Shown: positions 16,392 through 22,591 of the stretch, one piece after another | Layout of the letters: every line of letters starts with the position of its first letter | Position numbering within the stretch: the stretch's first letter is position 1 | Origin: a virus | Direction: 5' to 3' (one strand) | IMG/VR virus record: IMGVR_UViG_3300019378_001956 | Length of the DNA: 22,591 nucleotides | Program-made: the position numbers and the translations under genes | The notes under the pieces: generated by a model | Told to the model about the DNA's origin: nothing | Database searches by the model: none | What the model saw: the letters and a program-made list of their open reading frames with translations, nothing else

Positions 16392-17741
16392 TCATCGGCT
16401 TTTTCTTTTTCTTAACACAGTACCTCTCTTCTGAGGATACAAACCTTCATGCAATAAAGTCACACTATCAACACGATCATTATGAGTAGACTCATCATTA
16501 ACAACAATATTCTCAGAAGGAAACTTGACAGCTTGCTTTTTAAATTCTTTTAACCATTTACCTTTAACAAATAATATTTTACCAGTTTTAATACCACGTA
16601 CCGCACGTGAAGCACGCATTATCTTAGACTTAGGTACAGGAATAAAAGTAGGATTATATTCTTTGAATTCATTTTGCCAGTAATTCTTAACTATTTTACC
16701 AGCTGCTGCAGGTTGTTTTTCAATCCAATTATCATACTCACTATTAACTTCCATTATTCTACTCATGTAAGTTTCCAGTTTTCCAGGCCTTTTTTGTGTA
16801 CTTTTTTGGTCATGAATCATTCCAATTTTACCTTTAAAAACAGTACTGAAAGAACCTACAGTATAATCCGCAGTTTTAGATTCAGTAGCTGCAATATCCC
16901 ATGTGATAACCTGTTGGAGTATTTCCCATTCAGTTAAATATTCATCGTATTCTTGTTTGGATATTGTTGCATCATCTATTAAGTCATAATCAAATATGTC
17001 TCCTGCTGTTACTTCATAATCCCAATTACCTATCTGGTATTGATAATCTGCTTTACTTAATTCCTGTAATGATTCCAAATAATCTTCCCTATCAATATAA
17101 GGATTATCCCAGAAGTTCATTTCAAAAAAAGGATATGGGCCTTCAACAAATCTTTCTTTAAGATAAGTGGATCCGTCTGCATCTGCAGGGTTACTGATAT
17201 AATATAGACTTAATGGAAATTTCATTAAACCTTTAGTTCCACGTAGACTTCTGTTTAGGAATTGTAAGTTAACTTTAAAGAATTCACTTGCTTCATCTAC
17301 AATTATGCGATGGTAAGCACGGCTTTTGAATTTCTCTTTATCTTTTTCTAAAAGCATGTATGAATAGTATATTTTAGCATTAGTATCATGATTGATAAAA
17401 CAACGTTTAGATTGGTTATGCTCCACATTTGGGAATTCTTTTGTCCACTCATCGATATAATCAACAATTCCTCCTGTTGCTATAACATTATCATAGGTGG
17501 ATCTTAGTATTAAGCACCTGTAGTTTTTTGCTTTGAAGTGTTGTAATGCTAATACTGCACCCAGTATACTTTTTCCACTGTATGCTGAACCGCCAATAAG
17601 TTTTCTTTTGTGCTTGTCACATATAGCGTAAAGTTGTTTTGCATAGGGTTTGATTGGTATGAATGGATTATTTGCTATACTATCTTGTATTATTTGCCAA
17701 TCTTCACTTGTTAATGATAGTTTAGTATAGTCTACTTTCAT
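16392..17741 (-). CDS. terL: Terminase large subunit
   Basis: Walker A GGSAYSGKS, Walker B IIVDEASE, motif ISNPA, nuclease WDIA and HNDRVDS. Confidence 0.95.
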   Translation of the reverse strand: MKVDYTKLSLTSEDWQIIQDSIANNPFIPIKPYAKQLYAICDKHKRKLIGGSAYSGKSILGAVLALQHFKAKNYRCLILRSTYDNVIATGGIVDYIDEWTKEFPNVEHNQSKRCFINHDTNAKIYYSYMLLEKDKEKFKSRAYHRIIVDEASEFFKVNLQFLNRSLRGTKGLMKFPLSLYYISNPADADGSTYLKERFVEGPYPFFEMNFWDNPYIDREDYLESLQELSKADYQYQIGNWDYEVTAGDIFDYDLIDDATISKQEYDEYLTEWEILQQVITWDIAATESKTADYTVGSFSTVFKGKIGMIHDQKSTQKRPGKLETYMSRIMEVNSEYDNWIEKQPAAAGKIVKNYWQNEFKEYNPTFIPVPKSKIMRASRAVRGIKTGKILFVKGKWLKEFKKQAVKFPSENIVVNDESTHNDRVDSVTLLHEGLYPQKRGTVLRKRKSR

Positions 17742-18361
17742 AATTTATCAAGGAAATCTTCAGTAGTGTTTTCTATATTTTGTATTCTTTCCATTTCTTC
17801 TGGAGTATATTCATAAATATTTTCTTCACCAGGAACTTCCAAGTTTAAATCTGCATCAACATGATGTTCATTAGTTGATTCACTAATACGTGTACTTCTA
17901 CCACAAGATAAACGATAATTTTTATATAAATCATCCAATACTTTCATTAACGTATGAAACATGTTTATTCTAGTGGATAATGCATTACCTTTTTCATTAG
18001 CCATTAATTCTTGGAGTAGTTTATCTGCAAAATCTAATGCTTCTTTGAAAGTTTTTTTGAATTTTTCATTTGTTTTTTTGAAATCTTCATCATTTTCTTT
18101 CATTTCTTCTAGAATTTTATGTTGGTCGTAGAGGCCTGCTCTTTCAAACCAACACCATTGACTACTCATATTTTGAATTGCATTTAATGTAACTTCTTTA
18201 GATTTTTTAGAATTAGTTGTCTTTTCTTCGGTTTTTATGAGTTCATGGGCTTTTTCTAGTGATCTTTCTTCTGGTGATAAGTTAAGAAAAATTTTGAATC
18301 TATTGTATGCTTTTGCGGATTCTCCTTTTAGTTTTTCCCAGGATAGTTTTTCTTTAGCCAT
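17738..18361 (-). CDS. Terminase small subunit (putative)
   Basis: Directly upstream of TerL (ATGA overlap); WEKLKGESAKAYNRF...RSLEKA...WCWFERAGLYD helix-turn-helix-like pattern followed by coiled-coil; likely start ATG 18361 (8-nt overlap with the upstream stop). Confidence 0.75.
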   Translation of the reverse strand: MAKEKLSWEKLKGESAKAYNRFKIFLNLSPEERSLEKAHELIKTEEKTTNSKKSKEVTLNAIQNMSSQWCWFERAGLYDQHKILEEMKENDEDFKKTNEKFKKTFKEALDFADKLLQELMANEKGNALSTRINMFHTLMKVLDDLYKNYRLSCGRSTRISESTNEHHVDADLNLEVPGEENIYEYTPEEMERIQNIENTTEDFLDKL

Positions 18362-18716
18362 GATTATCACATGTTTTTTCTTCAATTTCTTCTAAGTGTT
18401 TTAGCACTAATTCTTCTGCTATTTCTTCTGCTCTTTCATTTATTGTTTTATCAATAACATCAAGTTCTTCTTTTTTCTTTTTTTCAGCCCATTTATCTAT
18501 TATTAGTACGATTATTATTGCTATTATAATACTTAATACACCTAGTTGTAGTTCTACATCACTGAATCCTTTGTTAGTCATCCTGGTGTTTAGGCCCGTT
18601 ATGATTAATCCGATTCCACTGCTGACTAAGGTTGTTGTAGTGACTGTTTTTGCGAAGTTTTTTATCCATATTGTTTTACGGTAAGGTATTATTTCTGTTA
18701 GTTTAGGTGATGTCAT
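18354..18716 (-). CDS. Two-TM membrane protein (holin-like candidate)
   Basis: Likely start ATG 18716 with GGTGA RBS (120 aa); hydrophobic segments LVSSGIGLIITGL and LGVLSIIIAIIIVLII; charged C-terminus. Confidence 0.6.
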   Translation of the reverse strand: MTSPKLTEIIPYRKTIWIKNFAKTVTTTTLVSSGIGLIITGLNTRMTNKGFSDVELQLGVLSIIIAIIIVLIIDKWAEKKKKEELDVIDKTINERAEEIAEELVLKHLEEIEEKTCDNHG

Positions 18717-19029
18717 CGTTATCACCACAGGTGCAGTCTTCACAATCACTTTCTGCAGGTATTGTTTGTAGGCCGAAGTTTTTTTCACCATAACGGATGT
18801 AGTCTTCAAGTGTAATATTTCGTTTGAAGAAACTGTTTGCATATTTCATATCTATATATGATAATGCAGTTGCTATGATTATTCCTAGTATTTGTGTTAT
18901 TTGGGTTTCTTGACCGTTTAAATTAATACCTTGTGCTACAACTATGGGTACAATGTATCCTGCAATTAATAATCCTATTACTTTAAAGACACTTGAACCA
19001 TTTCCTATAATATTACTATCACTTGACAT
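18703..19029 (-). CDS. Two-TM membrane protein (holin-like candidate) with Cys/acidic tail
   Basis: 108 aa; VIGLLIAGYIVPIVVA and ILGIIIATALSYI hydrophobic segments; C-terminal CEDCTCG; GGTG RBS. Confidence 0.6.
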   Translation of the reverse strand: MSSDSNIIGNGSSVFKVIGLLIAGYIVPIVVAQGINLNGQETQITQILGIIIATALSYIDMKYANSFFKRNITLEDYIRYGEKNFGLQTIPAESDCEDCTCGDNDDIT

Positions 19030-19062
19030 TTTTATACACCTTTTTTAAGTTTAGTTACAGAT

Positions 19063-19087
19063 TGGAAAGGGAAGGATTCAAACCTCC
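19063..19087 (-). other. tRNA-3'-half-like motif B (T-arm plus acceptor-like strand)
   Basis: GGAGG-TTTGAAT-CCTTC (5-bp stem with one G-U, degenerate T-loop) followed by CCTTTCC-A; no complementary 5' acceptor strand found. Confidence 0.4.
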
Positions 19088-19206
19088 AAGATGAAAGACC
19101 ATTATAAACATCTTAATCAAAATGTAAATTACAACGAAAGACCAAAATCTAAAAAAAATAAGTGTCTTCTTTTTGAACCTCTCCCATCAATTAATATAAT
19201 TTAAGA

Positions 19207-19231
19207 TGAGGAACGGGGGAATCGAACCCCC
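19207..19231 (-). other. tRNA-3'-half-like motif A (T-arm plus acceptor-like strand)
   Basis: GGGGG-TTCGATT-CCCCC perfect T-arm followed by GTTCCTC-A; no D-arm, anticodon arm or 5' acceptor strand upstream. Confidence 0.55.
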
Positions 19232-19534
19232 ATCTTCACTACTATTATATAACATTTGATGATTTCTAATTGTAAAAAAAAGAGATACCATATAATGTGA
19301 GAAAAAAATATGTAATAATAAATTAATCCTATCCAGAATTATTATCCATTTTCCAAAATATTATTATTTCAATTTACAAATTTTAGGAGAAATACTAATT
19401 AATGATTTAAATATGAAAACATATTGACTTAATAACCGCTGATTTTAGCAGAAGAACTTTTATTAAACCAAAAAAATTTCTTTTCCAGCTTAACATATAT
19501 TATTAAATTCGTATAAAGACCAGGATGCATTTTT

Positions 19535-19759
19535 TTAGTAATGAAAATGGTCTATGATAACATGGCCACATTTGTTGCAGATAATTTCACCATGTATTTG
19601 GTCATAGACAAGATCCTTTTTTTCATTACAATTATCACATTTTAAACCAGAAATAAACCAATCTTGAAGCACTTCCGTAGACTCATAATCTTCAGTTTTA
19701 GTTTCTTCCCGAATCTTTTGTGATTTCACGTGTTTAAAATTCTTAGGATTAACAAACAT
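19535..19759 (-). CDS. Stand-alone TFB/TFIIB-type zinc-ribbon protein
   Basis: 74 aa; CDNC-x8-D-x2-HGEIIC-NK-CGHVI matches the TFIIB/TFB N-terminal Zn-ribbon pattern CxxC...DxxxGExxCxxCGxV. Confidence 0.8.
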   Translation of the reverse strand: MFVNPKNFKHVKSQKIREETKTEDYESTEVLQDWFISGLKCDNCNEKKDLVYDQIHGEIICNKCGHVIIDHFHY

Positions 19760-19799
19760 TACACACTCTACACATTAAAAAAATTTTTTTAGTATCCCT

Positions 19800-19820
19800 T
19801 CAATAATATAAAGTGGAAAA
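19800..19820 (-). promoter_or_regulatory. Conserved promoter-like repeat, copy 2 (upstream of Zn-ribbon gene)
   Basis: Identical 21-mer to 11784-11804; TATA-like TTTATATT at 19812-19805, about 45 nt upstream of ATG 19759. Confidence 0.6.
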
Positions 19821-19831
19821 ATAGAAAAAAA

Positions 19832-20080
19832 TTAAATTAAAATAGTAATAAAATCAAAATTTAAATTTAAATCATCATAAAACTTGTGTATTTCAAAATC
19901 AACATCAGCCCATAATCTCCAAAATTCATTTTCAGACATGGAGGAGTTTAATTTAAAAATATATTCAATATTTTTATCTAAACTTCCTGGTAAAACATGC
20001 ATAGTGCATGATTCTATTTCAGGATATTTTGGTACAATTTCTTCCTGAATATATTTTAATATTTCATTATAATTATTCAT
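19832..20080 (-). CDS. Hypothetical protein
   Basis: 82 aa, ATGA overlap with the upstream gene, GGTG RBS. Confidence 0.7.
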   Translation of the reverse strand: MNNYNEILKYIQEEIVPKYPEIESCTMHVLPGSLDKNIEYIFKLNSSMSENEFWRLWADVDFEIHKFYDDLNLNFDFITILI

Positions 20081-20391
20081 GTTCTTACACCTAGTCTTCT
20101 GGCTTCTTTTAATATACTTTCGTGTTCTTTTTTGAAATCTTTCTGAGGATGTTTGGATAAAAATGTTGTTCCAATGAAATTATTCTCATTACTAATAAGT
20201 TCACCATCCTTAATTAATTTTCTTCTTTTTCTTTGATACCGTGCTTTACTATCCTGAATACTTTTATGCCTACAATCATAACTACAATAAGTAGTTCGAT
20301 TTTGAGTTTTAATATATAGTTTTCCACAGTAAACACATCTGCTCAGATAGAATCTTAATTGTGGATTTCCGGGTATTTTCTGGAACAACAT
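20077..20391 (-). CDS. Zinc-finger protein (CxxCG...YCSxxC) with basic helix
   Basis: CVYCGKLYIKTQNRTTYCSYDCRHK followed by an Arg/Lys-rich helix; likely nucleic-acid binding. Confidence 0.75.
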   Translation of the reverse strand: MLFQKIPGNPQLRFYLSRCVYCGKLYIKTQNRTTYCSYDCRHKSIQDSKARYQRKRRKLIKDGELISNENNFIGTTFLSKHPQKDFKKEHESILKEARRLGVRT

Positions 20392-20397
20392 ATTTTT

Positions 20398-20589
20398 TTA
20401 TCTTCCTGTTTCAGCTTGACATCTTCTTTTGATGTGCAATTTTAACTTATCCCTAGACATATTATAAGGTTTATTTAGTTCATCTTGGATTATTTCCGTT
20501 AATTGTTCCTTATCACAGCAACTATAACCATACCATGAAAGGCTCAAATACCTATGCATATCTTCAACAGTCAAATCCTCACTCTTCAT
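20398..20589 (-). CDS. Hypothetical protein
   Basis: 63 aa, coupled to its neighbours, GGAG RBS. Confidence 0.65.
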   Translation of the reverse strand: MKSEDLTVEDMHRYLSLSWYGYSCCDKEQLTEIIQDELNKPYNMSRDKLKLHIKRRCQAETGR

Positions 20590-20737
20590 GTATTAACTCC
20601 CTAATTTCATTACAAGCAACAATCTTACCCTGAAAATATACTGCTAGATTACTGTTCCCTCTTTTTTTAGCAAGTGCTCGGTCCTCCTCTGCATTAGCTA
20701 TAATATTATTGAGTATATCCTGAATAATTTCACTCAT
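20579..20737 (-). CDS. Hypothetical protein (52 aa)
   Basis: Likely start ATG 20737 (MSEIIQ...) with GGTGA RBS rather than 20779. Confidence 0.6.
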   Translation of the reverse strand: MSEIIQDILNNIIANAEEDRALAKKRGNSNLAVYFQGKIVACNEIRELIHEE

Positions 20738-20741
20738 TTTT

Positions 20742-21089
20742 CTATTCACCAACTTTTTCAGTATTGCCTTCAACTTCAAAACAGTAAAAATAAAACCTAT
20801 CCCAAGGTTGTATATCAGGATAAATCTTTAGTAGACACTTTTTCAAATCATCTACAGAATTAAAACCTTCACGTCTAGCATCTTCAGCATTTAGTGTTTT
20901 CCACATTTTGTAACCTACATCAGTAATAGTGATGAATATTTTTTCCGGGCAATCTTCAAAAACACATACTGCAAAGTCACCCGGAACTACATCCGCCCTA
21001 CCTGAAGGCCTTCTTAAAGTTTGAGTTTTAACTCCACTACGAATGAGTGGATAAAACTCTTTTTTAAATTTAATCGCTACTATTTTCAT
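20742..21089 (-). CDS. ASCH domain protein
   Basis: IKFKKEFYPLIRSGVKTQTLRR...PGD...LNAEDARREGFNSVDDL...IYP...FE is the classic ASCH pattern; likely start ATG 21089. Confidence 0.88.
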   Translation of the reverse strand: MKIVAIKFKKEFYPLIRSGVKTQTLRRPSGRADVVPGDFAVCVFEDCPEKIFITITDVGYKMWKTLNAEDARREGFNSVDDLKKCLLKIYPDIQPWDRFYFYCFEVEGNTEKVGE

Positions 21090-21354
21090 CACCTTCTTCA
21101 GGAGTTTCATCTGGTTCTGGTGGGACATAACTGTCACATGCTTCTACAATAGCTTCTGCAATATGAAGATTGAATAATTTATCACCCGCATCTACTCTGG
21201 AGATGACCCTAGTTTTTTCACGATCATATACTCTAAGCACATCACCTTTAGGATTATATACCATCCCATGGTTAGCTTCTATGTTTTCAACACTTGTTAC
21301 TACTTCATTTTCAATGTTTAATATTACAAATCTTTCAATCATTTTCTTTGTCAT
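21070..21354 (-). CDS. Hypothetical protein
   Basis: 94 aa, GGTGA RBS, acidic C-terminus. Confidence 0.7.
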   Translation of the reverse strand: MTKKMIERFVILNIENEVVTSVENIEANHGMVYNPKGDVLRVYDREKTRVISRVDAGDKLFNLHIAEAIVEACDSYVPPEPDETPEEGDENSSD

Positions 21355-21368
21355 ACTTTCACCTTTTT

Positions 21369-21530
21369 TTATTGAGCGTTACCAGTATCTACATGGATTA
21401 TAGGGAATCCATCAACAGTTCCTTTTCGTCTAATTTTCAATCGTGGACGAGGCAAATGGAAATGGGCAACGTTTAAATAAAATTTATTTCTAGGCCCATT
21501 ACCCGGATTTTTTCTTACTTTATACCCCAT
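21369..21530 (-). CDS. Small basic hypothetical protein (53 aa)
   Basis: MGYKVRKNPGNGPRNKFYL...; GGAG RBS before ATG 21530. Confidence 0.55.
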   Translation of the reverse strand: MGYKVRKNPGNGPRNKFYLNVAHFHLPRPRLKIRRKGTVDGFPIIHVDTGNAQ

Positions 21531-21630
21531 CTTTATCTCTCCAAAATGCACAACAATCCCAATCAGAAACTAATTCATCAAAAAGATTACAAATATGCAT
21601 ATGATATTTACAATTACCGCAGCATTTCAT
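21520..21630 (-). CDS. Cys-rich micro-protein, 36 aa (absent from ORF track)
   Basis: MKCCGNCKYHMHICNLFDELVSDWDCCAFWRDKDGV*; GAGGTGA RBS upstream. Confidence 0.6.
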   Translation of the reverse strand: MKCCGNCKYHMHICNLFDELVSDWDCCAFWRDKDGV

Positions 21631-21638
21631 AAAAATAC

Positions 21639-21815
21639 TCACCTCATTGGATGGAAACCTTCAAGTTTAACTTTACCCTCTTCTATTTCACAGATTAATT
21701 CATCTAGTTTTTCACATCTATCTATAGCACTTGCGTACTGTTTAGTTTCAATGTCAAATTGAATTCTTTGAATTTCCTTGCAAATATTCCCAATAGTCAA
21801 ACATAATTCAGTCAT
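21639..21815 (-). CDS. Hypothetical protein, 58 aa (absent from ORF track)
   Basis: MTELCLTIGNICKEIQRIQFDIETKQY...GFHPMR*; GGAG RBS; 8-nt overlap with the upstream stop. Confidence 0.6.
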   Translation of the reverse strand: MTELCLTIGNICKEIQRIQFDIETKQYASAIDRCEKLDELICEIEEGKVKLEGFHPMR

Positions 21816-21924
21816 TCATATCATGCTCCCTTTTTTGATTGTATTGTTCCTGTAACTCTTCCATGACTTTTAAGAATTCATCGGCATCTGGAAAAATATA
21901 AACACCAGTATTATTTTCATTCAT
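21808..21924 (-). CDS. Hypothetical acidic protein, 38 aa (absent from ORF track)
   Basis: MNENNTGVYIFPDADEFLKVMEELQEQYNQKREHDMND*; GGGGT RBS; packs tightly between its neighbours. Confidence 0.5.
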   Translation of the reverse strand: MNENNTGVYIFPDADEFLKVMEELQEQYNQKREHDMND

Positions 21925-21927
21925 ACT

Positions 21928-22194
21928 TTAATACCCCACTTCTAAAATTTCTAAGACTTTTGCTGAAGCATAAGCCACATCCTTTTCAGTATGATCTTCA
22001 TTCAATATTTCCACATTTACCCTTGCACAGCGTGGAATATCATTCATAAAACAACCACACATGCAATCGTATTCTTTTTCGGATGTTGTTAGGAAGATTA
22101 CATCTCCTGGTTTTAGTTGTTGTATGTTTTCTGCCCAGACAGTGTATTCACCGTCTTTGAATGTTTTTTCTTCGAAATCATCTAACGTACACAT
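21928..22194 (-). CDS. Hypothetical protein (88 aa)
   Basis: Likely start ATG 22194; the track's GTG start at 22203 lies within its GGTGA RBS. Confidence 0.65.
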   Translation of the reverse strand: MCTLDDFEEKTFKDGEYTVWAENIQQLKPGDVIFLTTSEKEYDCMCGCFMNDIPRCARVNVEILNEDHTEKDVAYASAKVLEILEVGY

Positions 22195-22314
22195 TTTTTT
22201 CACCCTTTAACCAAAATATTAACATTGTTATATTTTATCATTGTTTGATAAAGAAATAATAAATAAATAATAAATAATAATAATTTCCTCTCTAAAAAAA
22301 CGAATAATAAGTCA

Positions 22315-22429
22315 AGTATGTATTTGTATGTATAATACAGATAAATACATACTCTACTTACGGGAGCCTCGCAAGATACACTTGAAACACTTGAAACGGA
22401 ACTCAAAGGCAATACATACTTGTATGTAT
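22315..22429. repeat. Array of five GTATGTAT octamers (direct and inverted) plus a tandem 9-mer ACACTTGAA x2
   Basis: GTATGTAT at 22316, 22326 and 22422; ATACATAC at 22345 and 22412; ACACTTGAA at 22378 and 22387; AT-rich tract 22255-22286 adjacent. Confidence 0.75.
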
Positions 22430-22431
22430 CA

Positions 22432-22591
22432 TCATGCATAATTAACAAAAGCAACATCCTCCTGCTCCAAAATATCCCTAATCTTACTAAAAGAAACCTT
22501 CTGTTTCTTACACTCACGCTCCAACATATTCAAACCAATAACACCTTTACGTTCATAAATGTTCCTGGCCCAAGATAAAACCTCTTTAATA
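22432..22591 (-). CDS. C-terminal fragment of a protein entering from the right edge (absent from ORF track)
   Basis: ...IKEVLSWARNIYERKGVIGLNMLERECKKQKVSFSKIRDILEQEDVAFVNYA* open from the window edge to TGA at 22434-22432. Confidence 0.6.
   Translation of the reverse strand, partial: IKEVLSWARNIYERKGVIGLNMLERECKKQKVSFSKIRDILEQEDVAFVNYA

Larger units (their letters stand above)
1..22591 (-). mobile_element. Tailed archaeal virus/provirus (Caudoviricetes, siphovirus-like), packaging-head-tail module; probable Methanobacteriales host
   Basis: Canonical gene order TerS-TerL-portal-MuF-protease-scaffold-MCP-connector-gp10-terminator-MTP-chaperones-TMP on one strand; archaeal-type RBS (GGTGA/GGAGGT) and TATA boxes; TFB Zn-ribbon ORF. 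No integrase or att site in the window, so provirus versus free virus cannot be decided. Confidence 0.93.

Noticed and set aside
15642-17161. Plus-strand ORFs 15642-15884, 16674-16937 and 16964-17161
   Set aside because: Antisense shadows of portal and TerL.
14774-17741. Intein or intron in portal/TerL
   Set aside because: Protein lengths are ordinary and no intein splice motifs or homing endonuclease were seen.
19207-19231. attL/attR prophage boundary
   Set aside because: Viral genes continue on both sides and there is no integrase or host gene in the window.
19063-19300. Complete tRNA genes
   Set aside because: No 5' acceptor strand (GAGGAAC or GGAAAGG-like), D-arm or 7-nt anticodon loop could be found by eye; reported only as tRNA-like halves.
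21170-21476. Plus-strand ORFs 21170-21403 and 21294-21476
   Set aside because: Antisense to RBS-supported minus-strand genes.
22200-22517. 105-aa minus-strand ORF in the track
   Set aside because: Spans the repeat and AT-rich region, is low-complexity, and overlaps the real partial CDS in another frame.
1-22591. CRISPR array, diversity-generating retroelement or IS element
   Set aside because: No regularly spaced repeat-spacer units, reverse transcriptase, TR/VR pair or transposase in the window.

Overview
The whole window looks like the late and morphogenesis region of a tailed archaeal virus or provirus (Caudoviricetes, siphovirus-like). The host is most likely a Methanobacteriales methanogen such as Methanobrevibacter. 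This is inferred from AT-rich DNA, GGAGG/GGTGA ribosome-binding sites, TATA-type promoters, a TFB-type Zn-ribbon protein and a Pei-like Cys-His-Asp peptidase domain. Almost all genes are on the minus strand. From right to left they are: small early/middle ORFs (ASCH, Zn-finger, TFB Zn-ribbon), a ~500 bp non-coding stretch with two tRNA-3'-half-like motifs, two membrane proteins, TerS, TerL, portal, and a MuF minor head protein fused to an ADP-ribosyltransferase (ART) domain. These are followed by a candidate immunity gene, an opposite-strand KTSC gene, a split prohead protease/scaffold, major capsid, head-tail and neck genes, major tail protein, tail chaperones, a 1462-aa tape measure protein with a C-terminal cysteine peptidase, and tail-tip genes. 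There are three main points of interest. (1) Three candidate programmed ribosomal frameshifts, including a 183-codon Ig-like extension of the capsid protein that has no start codon and is missing from the ORF track, plus a paralogous Ig-like domain appended to the major tail protein. (2) A MuF-ART polymorphic toxin with a candidate immunity gene that has its own TATA box. (3) A 21-bp promoter-like repeat shared by the capsid operon and a stand-alone TFB Zn-ribbon gene. All family assignments are by motif recognition only; no database searches were run.
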